From an uncultured Candidatus Saccharibacteria bacterium (lineage in GTDB: Bacteria; Patescibacteriota; UBA1384; XYA2-FULL-43-10; 1-14-0-10-43-13): 32,000 bases of DNA. Made by a program: the position numbers and the translations under genes. The stretch spans positions 540,001-572,000 of the forward strand of contig CAZIYE010000001.1 in assembly GCA_964543385.1 (NCBI GenBank), read 5' to 3'. The notes below the pieces were generated by a model, which worked only from the letters and a program-made list of their open reading frames with translations, had not been told where the DNA came from and did no database searches. Positions 8,969 to 17,533 of this stretch are shown piece by piece. How positions within the stretch are numbered: the first letter of the stretch is position 1; every line of letters starts with the position of its first letter.

Positions 8969-10198
8969 CTATTTTCCCCAATTCTCTGCAAAGATAGCGA
9001 GATCTGTGATATCCACAACATTATTTCCATCTATATCAGTCATTGGCTCTGTAGGACCTTCTTTTCCCCAATTTTCTGCAAAGATAGCGAGATCTGTGAT
9101 ATCAACTACACCATCGTTGTTTATATCAGCAGTTTTGTGTCTTACTACGGTAATAGGTTTGATACCAACTTCAGCCCCAGCTTCATTCTTAAAAATAATA
9201 GCGGCGTTTGTGGTCCCAATTCCTGGCTCAAATGTTAGAGACCATGAAGTAGTATTTAAGTCTGCCAAAACAGCGTCTCCGTAGTAAGCTCTGGAAGTTA
9301 ATGTTTTCTCTCCTGTATAAGTAACTACTGCGCGGTAAGTACGTCCGTTGACAGGGACAATATCGTTAGAAAGAGGCGGCGGCGGAGGAGGTTCACCAGC
9401 TGCAGGATCGCCGAAATAACTGGAGAAAATATTATAAAAGCTTGTTTGGATATGTGGAGTGTAGAGATAAAGTATTCTACTGCCGGCAGTTTGGCACACA
9501 ACCGATTGACCATCGATAGTTGTAGGATCATAGTACTGTTGCCAATATCCGCCGGTACAATTTGATCCAGTGCCACCGATACAACGCCCACCATTTTTGT
9601 ATGAATTATATTTGCTCCCAAACCAGCCAATTGAGTATCCGAGCTGGCGCCCCATGCCACCAAAATCAAGCGAAATTTGGCGATATGCCGAATCGTTGCA
9701 ATTTACTCCGCTATTTAAACAACCTGCCATTGTCTCGTCATACATATAGAACATCGGCCATGTAGCTACTGTTGAACTTCTAAAAACATCTCCGGTGATA
9801 GCAGAACTTTCTTTTTGCAGTGTTGCTAGGACTACTCTAGGATTAATATTATGCTCAACAGCTTCATCATAAATCAACTGTGCTACAGTCTTGCCATAGA
9901 AGGCATTACCATTTATATCGTTTATCTGTCTGGAGGTCACAGTGCCAAATCCACCAGCGGCAAGAGGATACGGAACATCGATATATTCAGGAATAACGTA
10001 ATTAGCCAGCTTGCTGCCTTTAGAGACCAGGAAATCATTTATCGCCGTTGCTGTCATAGGGTTACTATTATTGGAAAAGTTATAATCGCTAATAATGTTG
10101 GCATTATCAAGAGTTGCCGATACTGAGCCGGGATTTAATCCAATAGCAAACACTATTGCCGATGTAAGAAATATTAATTTTGAAATCTTTGACTTCAT
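8969..10198 (-). CDS. Secreted lysozyme/transglycosylase-like protein with tandem C-terminal type I dockerin repeats
   Basis: 409 aa: signal peptide; NPRVVLATLQKESSAITGD core; C-terminus ADINNDGVVDITDLAIFAENWGKEGPTEPMTDIDGNNVVDITDLAIFAENWGK with two EF-hand-like dockerin repeats. The enzymatic assignment is less certain than the dockerin call. Confidence 0.8.
   Translation of the reverse strand: MKSKISKLIFLTSAIVFAIGLNPGSVSATLDNANIISDYNFSNNSNPMTATAINDFLVSKGSKLANYVIPEYIDVPYPLAAGGFGTVTSRQINDINGNAFYGKTVAQLIYDEAVEHNINPRVVLATLQKESSAITGDVFRSSTVATWPMFYMYDETMAGCLNSGVNCNDSAYRQISLDFGGMGRQLGYSIGWFGSKYNSYKNGGRCIGGTGSNCTGGYWQQYYDPTTIDGQSVVCQTAGSRILYLYTPHIQTSFYNIFSSYFGDPAAGEPPPPPPLSNDIVPVNGRTYRAVVTYTGEKTLTSRAYYGDAVLADLNTTSWSLTFEPGIGTTNAAIIFKNEAGAEVGIKPITVVRHKTADINNDGVVDITDLAIFAENWGKEGPTEPMTDIDGNNVVDITDLAIFAENWGK
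8972..9103. repeat. Tandem DNA duplication within the dockerin coding region
   Basis: 42-nt near-identical segments 8972-9013 and 9062-9103 (ttttccccaatt[c/t]tctgcaaagatagcgagatctgtgatatc), offset 90 nt, one mismatch. Confidence 0.85.
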
Positions 10199-10210
10199 TT
10201 CCCTCTGCTT

Positions 10211-10744
10211 TTATTGTGGTTGGCTGCCTATATAATCTTTTTGTAAGACATCCAACCTTGATTTTAAGAGATCACTCTCAGGATTAGCGGCAAGGCCGGC
10301 TTCCAACGTGCTTATAGCCTGATCTTTTTGTCCTAAATTGTATTGAGCCTGAGACTTGCGGTTGTAATAATCCGGGACCTTATTATCAATATTAATCGCT
10401 TGACTAAAGTTTTCTACGGCTTTGTCCCAACTCTTTTCGGTCATCAAGGTTTGTCCCTCACTGAAGTAATCATTTGCACTTTTTGTTTCTGGTATGGCAT
10501 CGATCTTTCCAGTATCTTGATTTGTTGATGGTACGTTATCGATAGCAGTTATAGTGCCAGGACTATTATCAATATTTGCCAAATCCTGTGTTTTTTGATC
10601 ATTCCTTTTATGGAGATACAAAAAGATTGCCAATACAATGAGTGAAATTACCAGAATAATAGTCAGAATAAGGATCAACCTTTTGGGACGACCTTTAAAA
10701 AAGTGACCGCTGGCATTTTTTATATCTGCTTGCTCTTTCATCAC
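10211..10744 (-). CDS. TPR-repeat protein with N-terminal TM anchor
   Basis: 177 aa; LILILTIILVISLIVLAIFLYL helix, then TPR-like ...AVENFSQAINIDNKVPDYYNRKSQAQYNLGQKDQAISTLEAGLAANPES. Confidence 0.8.
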   Translation of the reverse strand: MMKEQADIKNASGHFFKGRPKRLILILTIILVISLIVLAIFLYLHKRNDQKTQDLANIDNSPGTITAIDNVPSTNQDTGKIDAIPETKSANDYFSEGQTLMTEKSWDKAVENFSQAINIDNKVPDYYNRKSQAQYNLGQKDQAISTLEAGLAANPESDLLKSRLDVLQKDYIGSQPQ

Positions 10745-10790
10745 ACCTATATTTTATCATATAATAACAATAGATAAAGTGACACCTTGG

Positions 10791-10857
10791 TGTCATCCTG
10801 AACTTGATTCAGGACCAATTATCAATAAAAAGATTCCGGATCAAGTCCGGAATGACA
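10791..10857. repeat. Dispersed palindromic repeat, copy 2
   Basis: TGTCAT-CCTGAA-CTTGA-TTCAGGA...TTCCGGA-TCAAG-TCCGGAA-TGACA: imperfect inverted repeat in which each arm is itself a hairpin. Confidence 0.75.
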
Positions 10858-10872
10858 GAAACATAGGTATAA

Positions 10873-11568
10873 ATGGAAGAATTAAAGGCCAACAAAGGCA
10901 AAAAAATTGAAATAGAGATTGACGGAAAAACATATGCCAGATTTCCCATCTCTACGCATATTATTAAAATAAATGATCCCATTGTGGAGACTGTTAAATC
11001 TTATGTTGCTAAACATTTGAAACCAGGCGACATGATTTTTATTAGCGAAAAAATAATTGCTATTATGCAAGGTAGGTCATTCCCAATTTCTGAAATTAAA
11101 CCTTCTTTTTGGGCAAAAGCATTCTCAAAGTTTGTACTCAAAACTCCTTATGGTATTGGTCTTGGTAGTCCTTGGACAATGCAGCTAGCGATACAAGAAG
11201 CAGGGTTATTCAGAATTTTCTTAGGTGCCATTGCAGTAATAATAACCAAACCATTTGGCATCCGTGGAGTTTTCTATAAAGTTGTTGGCAAGAGAGTAAA
11301 TGCTATTGATGGGCCTTGCGAATATACGCTCCCACCGTATAACAAATATGCTAAACTGCCACCCAAAGACCCAGATAAAGTCGCCAGAGAAATCAAAGAT
11401 GTACTTGGGCACGAAGTAGTTATAATAGATGCGAATGATTTGGGAGTAGAAATCTTGGGTAAATCATCAAGTGGTATTGAAGATAGTTTTGCTAAAGCGG
11501 TTTTTCGAGATAATCCTCTCGGTCAGACCAACGAGCAGACTCCTATTTGTATTGTCCGTAAATCTTAA
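10873..11568 (+). CDS. CofE-like (coenzyme F420-0:L-glutamate ligase domain) protein
   Basis: 231 aa; GDMIFISEKIIAIMQGR, VVGKRVNAIDGPCEYTLPPYNKYAKLPPKDPDKVAREI, VVIIDANDLGVEILG resemble the F420_ligase family. Confidence 0.7.
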   Translation: MEELKANKGKKIEIEIDGKTYARFPISTHIIKINDPIVETVKSYVAKHLKPGDMIFISEKIIAIMQGRSFPISEIKPSFWAKAFSKFVLKTPYGIGLGSPWTMQLAIQEAGLFRIFLGAIAVIITKPFGIRGVFYKVVGKRVNAIDGPCEYTLPPYNKYAKLPPKDPDKVAREIKDVLGHEVVIIDANDLGVEILGKSSSGIEDSFAKAVFRDNPLGQTNEQTPICIVRKS

Positions 11569-11586
11569 CAAAGCCATTGGAGGGCT

Positions 11587-13704
11587 GTGCGCAATATTGA
11601 TGGTATAAGGAAAAAAAGCACAAGATCTGCATGGAGAGAGGAAGAAAATCCTCATATTTTGCCGTTGGCAAAAGAAAATGCACCTCCTCGAGATAATCCA
11701 AAGATAATCATCCCTGTAGATATCGCAAAAGAGGATTATCAAAAACCGCCAGTCTCAGATAAGCCAATCTCCAATGGCAAAAAAGTTTGGAGAGCAGGTA
11801 CCGGTTTGTCGCAAAAAAACTTGATAATAGTTTTTCTGATTGCTTTGCTTTTATTTGGCGGTAAGACAGCCTTTTCCAGTGGCGAAAAAAAAGCCATTGC
11901 TTTGAAAAGGGAAATGGGTACGAAAATTGCAATTATTGAGAACAAAATATCAAAAGTCCAAAAAGAAGCTGCTAGCGGCAATATCTCCAATGCGGTTAAT
12001 GATCTGACAAATTTAAAAACAGACATTTTAGAATTAAAAATGTTTGCTCAATCATGGGGTCAGGATATAAAGTACTTTCAAATTTTAAATGCCAACACAG
12101 AACTAACTAAGAATGAAAAATTGCTGAGTACGGCCTATGAAGCCATTATGATTATTGATTCTCTTCCTGTTGATATGAAGAAACTAGAATCAACTTCATA
12201 TCTTAGTCAAGGTGATTCTATCGCCGATATCAAAGCATTTAGACTGGAGCTATCTAGAGTAATAGATAAATTCGATAGTTTCGCAGTTCGGGCTAGGGAT
12301 AATCTTCAAGGCATAAGCTATACCAAAAGTTTGCTCCCAAAAATTGATCAATTAATTAATAAAATTAATTATGCTAAGAAGATAGCCAATAATGATCTTT
12401 TTTGGCTTTCCGGAGAAGATGGTACAGATAAAAATATTTTGGTCATTTTCCAAAATAATCGTGAATTACGTGGTGGCAGTGGTGGCTCATTTGGTTCGTT
12501 TGGGGTTGCTAGAATCAAGGGGGGCAAATTGCAAAAAATTGATTTTGGCACAAATATATACAAGCTCGACAAAGCTTTTATGGAAAAGGAGCAGATAGCT
12601 TCTCCATCTGAGCTCGAGGCTTTTGGTGGTATTTGGAGCTTAAAGCATTCTGGATTTGCTGTTGATGGCGCCGAAGCACTAGACAAAATCCGTTGGTTCT
12701 ATGAAAAGGAAACCGGTGAGAAAGTTGACGGTGCTGTCACTATCGATACAGATACAATCGTATCTTTGCTTAGAGTAACTGGTCCAATCGACATGCCGGC
12801 ATATCAGAAGACCTTAAATGCTGACAATTTTGTTGATGAGACAATGGCTGAAGTTCAAAATGACTATTTCGAGCGCACTGGAGGCAAAGTAGAAAATGAA
12901 CCAAAGAAAATAATAGGAGATATGACTCCAATCTTCATCACAAAACTTACTGCTGCTCTCAATGACAAGCAAAAATCGTTGGAGATAGTAAACTCATTGA
13001 AGCAATCATTCGCACAGAAACACATATTGTTCAACTTTGCCAAGGAAGATTTACAGAAAGAAATGGTCGGTCTCAATCTAGCCGGAACAGTAAAGAATTC
13101 AATCGGGGACTATCTCTATATAAACAATTCAAACTTAGCCGGTGCTAAGACTAACCAAAATATGGTCGAAAATGTCATTCTGAATTCAGAAATATCTAAA
13201 GATGGTAAAATAACTAATAATCTCTCTCTAGAGAGAGTCCACACTGGAAAATCAAAAGCCCCTGATGGCTTGGACCGCAATTACGTTAGAATTTTGATCC
13301 CAAGTGACAGTAAGGTATTGTCATTTAATGCCAAGAAGGGAAATTTCCAGCGTTATTATGATCGAGGATTTAGAAATAGTCAGCCTTTTTGGACAGATAA
13401 AGAGGCTGGAAAGAGTAGCATAAATTTCTGGATGTCGACATTGCCTCAAAATTCAACTCAGGCGGAGATGAGTTACGAGCCCAATTATCACCTAGACCTT
13501 ACAAAAAGTTTTACCTATATTATGAATTTTCAGAGACAGCCTGGTGCACCGGCTGATAATATTGAGTTAAATTTGAGCTACCCTGAGGGTTTCCAGCCTA
13601 TAAATGTGGATAATCTGGGTCAGCTTGATAGCAAGATCAAACTTAAATTCAAAGTTGACACTGACAAAGAGATTAAAATAAAGTTTATTAAAACTACAAA
13701 GTAG
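11587..13704 (+). CDS. DUF4012-type membrane/secreted protein
   Basis: 705 aa; TM near residue 80; ILVIFQNNRELRGGSGGSFGSFGVARIKGGKL is typical of DUF4012. GTG start preceded by GGAGG. Confidence 0.85.
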   Translation: MRNIDGIRKKSTRSAWREEENPHILPLAKENAPPRDNPKIIIPVDIAKEDYQKPPVSDKPISNGKKVWRAGTGLSQKNLIIVFLIALLLFGGKTAFSSGEKKAIALKREMGTKIAIIENKISKVQKEAASGNISNAVNDLTNLKTDILELKMFAQSWGQDIKYFQILNANTELTKNEKLLSTAYEAIMIIDSLPVDMKKLESTSYLSQGDSIADIKAFRLELSRVIDKFDSFAVRARDNLQGISYTKSLLPKIDQLINKINYAKKIANNDLFWLSGEDGTDKNILVIFQNNRELRGGSGGSFGSFGVARIKGGKLQKIDFGTNIYKLDKAFMEKEQIASPSELEAFGGIWSLKHSGFAVDGAEALDKIRWFYEKETGEKVDGAVTIDTDTIVSLLRVTGPIDMPAYQKTLNADNFVDETMAEVQNDYFERTGGKVENEPKKIIGDMTPIFITKLTAALNDKQKSLEIVNSLKQSFAQKHILFNFAKEDLQKEMVGLNLAGTVKNSIGDYLYINNSNLAGAKTNQNMVENVILNSEISKDGKITNNLSLERVHTGKSKAPDGLDRNYVRILIPSDSKVLSFNAKKGNFQRYYDRGFRNSQPFWTDKEAGKSSINFWMSTLPQNSTQAEMSYEPNYHLDLTKSFTYIMNFQRQPGAPADNIELNLSYPEGFQPINVDNLGQLDSKIKLKFKVDTDKEIKIKFIKTTK

Positions 13705-13707
13705 ATT

Positions 13708-15012
13708 ATGTTAAAAAATATAGATCAAGCAATATTGTTGAAAAGTAGAGCATTACGTTGGATTTTGTTAATAATTATTGCCTATATTCCTTTTTACCGC
13801 TTTGTCCAAGCATTTCTTGAAAATCATACTCAGCTTTCTAGCGGGACAGTTTTTTGGCTCTCGCATTGGTATGAGCCAGCAATTGTCATTTTAATATTCT
13901 TCTATTTTGCCATTTACCTATTTAAGAAAGAGCGGAAAATTGGGGCTGATCTTGTCTTGGCACTCATATTATTAAGTATGGGCACTCTTTCTATTTTTCT
14001 AGGAACTAAAGGTATCAGTAGGGGGATAGAGGGTTTTCGTTTTGTTGTGTTGCCCGTAGCGATTTTTGCCACTGCCTATCTGGCTGGTTTTGATAAGAAT
14101 GCTCTCAAGAAATTTATTAATGTTTACATCGTAAGCGCTGTCATGATTGGCTTGTGGGCGTTGATTGAGCAAATCTTACCTTCAAATTATTGGTCACTTT
14201 GGGGTATCTTAAGCCCTAGTGCTTCGACATGGTTCGGTGCCCATACCGTTGATGGTATTAGACAAAGTGTATCTTTTATCGGCGGGCCCAATCAATTGGC
14301 TGCATATCTTCTGCCAGCATTTTTTATCTTGTTATCTAGTGGTAATGACATTACAAAGAAATTTCGTTGGGCACTGATCATCATTCTGGGAGCGGCTATA
14401 ATTTTGACTTTTTCACGCTCTGCATTTATCGGGTTGATTATTGGTCTTATTTTATTCTTTATCTTAAATAAGAGTAATTTCGTTCGCTGGTTTGGATTGG
14501 CTTCATTTGTATTAGTCTTTGTTGCTATGTTCTTTATTTACCAATTTGGTGGTCCAACGGTTAAGAGTGTTTTTACTCATGGGGCTTCACAATCAGGTCA
14601 TGCCTCGGCTCTGCAGGAATCGGTTTCAGAATTGAAATCAAGGACGTCTGATCTGCCAACTCTTATCTTCGGTTCTGGCTTGGGCAGTGCAGGGCCAGCC
14701 GCAATGAAATATGGCGATGGGATTATCTCGGAATCATGGTATTTAGAAATTATTTTAGAGCTCGGCCTTTTTGGTATTTTTATATGGCTGCTTTATTTCT
14801 TTTTTATCGCCAAAAAGACAATCAATTCGAATAGGGGATTATTTCTTGGTTTTATTTCCGTCGCAATCGCATCGTTATTTTTGCACACGCTCTCTGACAA
14901 TCCGGCTGGAACATTTATTCTATTTGCATTACTAGGCATAAACAACAGTTTATTATCAAAGGATAGCAAAAATATTCAAATAAAATTTGACCAAAGAACC
15001 GATAAAAGTTAG
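13708..15012 (+). CDS. O-antigen ligase/polymerase-like membrane protein
   Basis: 434 aa, multi-pass; GGPNQLAAYLLPAFF and FSRSAFIGLIIG segments typical of WaaL/Wzy. Confidence 0.85.
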   Translation: MLKNIDQAILLKSRALRWILLIIIAYIPFYRFVQAFLENHTQLSSGTVFWLSHWYEPAIVILIFFYFAIYLFKKERKIGADLVLALILLSMGTLSIFLGTKGISRGIEGFRFVVLPVAIFATAYLAGFDKNALKKFINVYIVSAVMIGLWALIEQILPSNYWSLWGILSPSASTWFGAHTVDGIRQSVSFIGGPNQLAAYLLPAFFILLSSGNDITKKFRWALIIILGAAIILTFSRSAFIGLIIGLILFFILNKSNFVRWFGLASFVLVFVAMFFIYQFGGPTVKSVFTHGASQSGHASALQESVSELKSRTSDLPTLIFGSGLGSAGPAAMKYGDGIISESWYLEIILELGLFGIFIWLLYFFFIAKKTINSNRGLFLGFISVAIASLFLHTLSDNPAGTFILFALLGINNSLLSKDSKNIQIKFDQRTDKS

Positions 15013-15044
15013 ATTTAAAAATAAATCATTATGGAAAGCCAAAA

Positions 15045-16250
15045 ATGAAACTTAATTCTCAAACAAGTATATTTTATCTTCTCTGCGTACTACTCATTTT
15101 TTTGCCATTAAGCTCATGGCTAGTCAGTTTGACCGGCTTGGCTTCTCTAACTTTAGTCAGGGATATCTTGATACTAATAATGGCTGCTTTGATAATTTTT
15201 AATTTTGACTGGAAAAAGATAAATAAGACAATTTTCTGGTTAGCACTCGCCTTTATAATTTGGGGAGTCCTATCATTCTTTTGGAGGGAAGCCAGTGCAA
15301 TGCAGTGGCTCAAAGGCTTCAGATTCACATTTCTACCAATTATTTTCTTCCTTTCCATCGCAAATTCTAAGCTGAGTGAAAGTCAGAAGAGTACTATTTA
15401 TAAGTTGATATTCGGCGGGGCAATAGTGATATTAATTCTGGCAGCCCTTTCCCTATTTGGAGTCAATGTCCCTCTCATTACCTCTTTCTCAAGTCAGGGC
15501 GCCTTGGAAAGCGTTCATTATGTTGGCGATAGTAGTATCCCAAGACTGCAATCAGTTCTCGCTGGCCCAAATGCACTCGGGCTTTATTTAATGGCAATAT
15601 TTGGCTTAGCAATTGGTCATTTAAAAAATAATAAACTTGCCAAATTTTTGCTTTTACCGATTATAATTATCCTTTTTCTAACATTTTCCAGAAGTGCTTT
15701 GATCGGTGCTTTTGTCTTGACTTTGGCAACAATATTCCTCTTTTTCAAAGAAAAGATTGGCGCTTGCAAATCGGCCATTATTATAGCCGTCATTTCAGTG
15801 GCGGTAGCTCTCGCCGGTTTCATAGCTTATAAGAGTCCTGCATTGCAAAATTATTTTACTCATGACAATTCCTCTTCGCTCAGATATGAACAATATCAGA
15901 GGATTTGGGATATAAAAGCTGAAATCGGCTTGTTTGGAAGAGGATCAGGTACGGCCGGACCTTCCTCTCAATCTCGTCTTGATAACGGCGAAAATCATTG
16001 GACTGAAAATATCTACTTAGATATATTTGAGGAGCTTGGGTTTATCGGTTTATTTTTATATTTAATTTTAATTGGCGCCCTAATCTTTTCAACTTATAAG
16101 CGGGGGAACAAGAGCGCATTCTTAATTTTGACCGCTTTTGCCGTCACTGGTATTTTTATCAACTATTACACTGGCCAAGTCGGTATTTTCCTGATGTGGC
16201 TGATGGCAGCTTTAGTTTTGAATAATGATAAAAAGGATATTAATGAATAA
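15045..16250 (+). CDS. O-antigen ligase/polymerase-like membrane protein, second paralog
   Basis: 401 aa, multi-pass; LAGPNALGLYLMAIF, FSRSALIGAFVL, GRGSGTAGPSS. Confidence 0.85.
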   Translation: MKLNSQTSIFYLLCVLLIFLPLSSWLVSLTGLASLTLVRDILILIMAALIIFNFDWKKINKTIFWLALAFIIWGVLSFFWREASAMQWLKGFRFTFLPIIFFLSIANSKLSESQKSTIYKLIFGGAIVILILAALSLFGVNVPLITSFSSQGALESVHYVGDSSIPRLQSVLAGPNALGLYLMAIFGLAIGHLKNNKLAKFLLLPIIIILFLTFSRSALIGAFVLTLATIFLFFKEKIGACKSAIIIAVISVAVALAGFIAYKSPALQNYFTHDNSSSLRYEQYQRIWDIKAEIGLFGRGSGTAGPSSQSRLDNGENHWTENIYLDIFEELGFIGLFLYLILIGALIFSTYKRGNKSAFLILTAFAVTGIFINYYTGQVGIFLMWLMAALVLNNDKKDINE

Positions 16251-17409
16251 GGCAAAAAGAATCCTAGTTGATGGCAGGTTTGTCGGTGTTGGCGAATCTA
16301 TCTCTCGATACACCTTAGAAATGCTTAATGGTATTTTAAAATTGGATAAAGAAAATCAATATACCTTACTGATAAGACCCCAAGGTGAGCGTGCACTTGA
16401 AAGGTACCCAGATATTGTCAATGCGCCAAACCTCAAAGTTGATATTTTAGAAATTCCTCATTACTCACTAGCTGAACAAACGAAGCTTTTAACCTACTTA
16501 AACAAAGAGAAATTTGATCTAGTTCACTTTACCCAATTCAATCATCCTATTTTTTACAAAGGTGATTATGTCACCACAATTCATGATCTTACTCTTGTCG
16601 GCCATTTACACTATTTCAATTTTGCTAAACAATTGGCCTATAATATGGTGATGAAATCGGCTGCCAGAGACTCAAAAAAGGTGATAGCAATCTCAAAGAC
16701 TTCGATGGACGATGTAATAGATTTTTTTGGCACACCAAAGAAGAAGTTTGAGATCATTTATCATGGTATTGACCACGCCAATTACAATTGGCAAGTCAAA
16801 AGTCAAAAGTCAAAAGTCAAAAGTTTTAAGGAAAAATATGGCATTCAACGCGACTATATTCTCTATACCGGTATGTGGAAGAAACACAAAAATTTGATCC
16901 GACTTTTCCAAGCCTTCGAAGAATTCAAAAAAGAAACAAAAAACCCAATCCAGCTTGTCATGACGGGTAAAATTGATAAGAATGAGCCAGAAGTCATCGC
17001 CGAAATGGAAAGAGTCAATAAGTCTCTATCTTCTATATCAAAAAATCAATCTTCTATCCAAACAACTGGTTTTATTGACGAAGAAGAGCTGCCGATCGCT
17101 TATGCTGGGGCGTCTATGTACGTGATCCCTTCACTATCTGAAGGTTTTGGTTGGCCACCGCTCGAAGCAATGGCTTGCGGTACACCAGTAATTGCCTCAG
17201 ATATCTCATGTATTCCTGAAATATTGGGTGATGCCCCATATTATTTTGATCCATATAAAATAGAAGAAATAACCAAAGCGATCTCAACTGTGTTGGGTGA
17301 TGAAAAAGTTCAGAAAGAGCTAGCGGAAAAAGGGCTCAAACGGGTCAAAAAGTATAATTGGAACGAAACCGCTAAAAAGACCTTGGAAGTATATAAAAGT
17401 TTGATATAA
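16243..17409 (+). CDS. GT4-family glycosyltransferase
   Basis: [57 protein letters not shown]. Track start is 16225; ATG 16243 has the better spacing to AAGGA and overlaps the upstream stop. Confidence 0.92.
   Translation: MNKAKRILVDGRFVGVGESISRYTLEMLNGILKLDKENQYTLLIRPQGERALERYPDIVNAPNLKVDILEIPHYSLAEQTKLLTYLNKEKFDLVHFTQFNHPIFYKGDYVTTIHDLTLVGHLHYFNFAKQLAYNMVMKSAARDSKKVIAISKTSMDDVIDFFGTPKKKFEIIYHGIDHANYNWQVKSQKSKVKSFKEKYGIQRDYILYTGMWKKHKNLIRLFQAFEEFKKETKNPIQLVMTGKIDKNEPEVIAEMERVNKSLSSISKNQSSIQTTGFIDEEELPIAYAGASMYVIPSLSEGFGWPPLEAMACGTPVIASDISCIPEILGDAPYYFDPYKIEEITKAISTVLGDEKVQKELAEKGLKRVKKYNWNETAKKTLEVYKSLI
16793..16824 (+). repeat. Heptanucleotide tandem repeat (GTCAAAA)4 plus partial unit inside the GT4 gene
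   Basis: aa-gtcaaaa-gtcaaaa-gtcaaaa-gtcaaaa-gt, encoding [11 protein letters not shown]. Confidence 0.95.
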
Positions 17410-17477
17410 GTTTAATCATTTCCTTACTATAATTATTCTTGCGAAGCAATCTATTCTTTTGGCACTCTCTATATAAC

Positions 17478-17513
17478 TAAAGTACGCCTGATCCCCGAAG
17501 GGAACAGGCGTAC
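17478..17513 (-). terminator. Strong hairpin terminator for the lipoprotein gene
   Basis: AAGTACGCCTG / CAGGCGTACTT perfect 11-bp stem with an inner TCCC/GGGA stem; on the minus strand the apical loop is C(TTCG)G. T tract after it is short. Confidence 0.75.
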
Positions 17514-17533
17514 TTGATACTTGGCAGGGAAAG

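Noticed and set aside
6102-10857. Composite transposon carrying the cohesin/dockerin block
   Set aside because: The flanking palindromes are short REP-like repeats; no transposase, no clear target-site duplication and the genes are chromosomal-looking.
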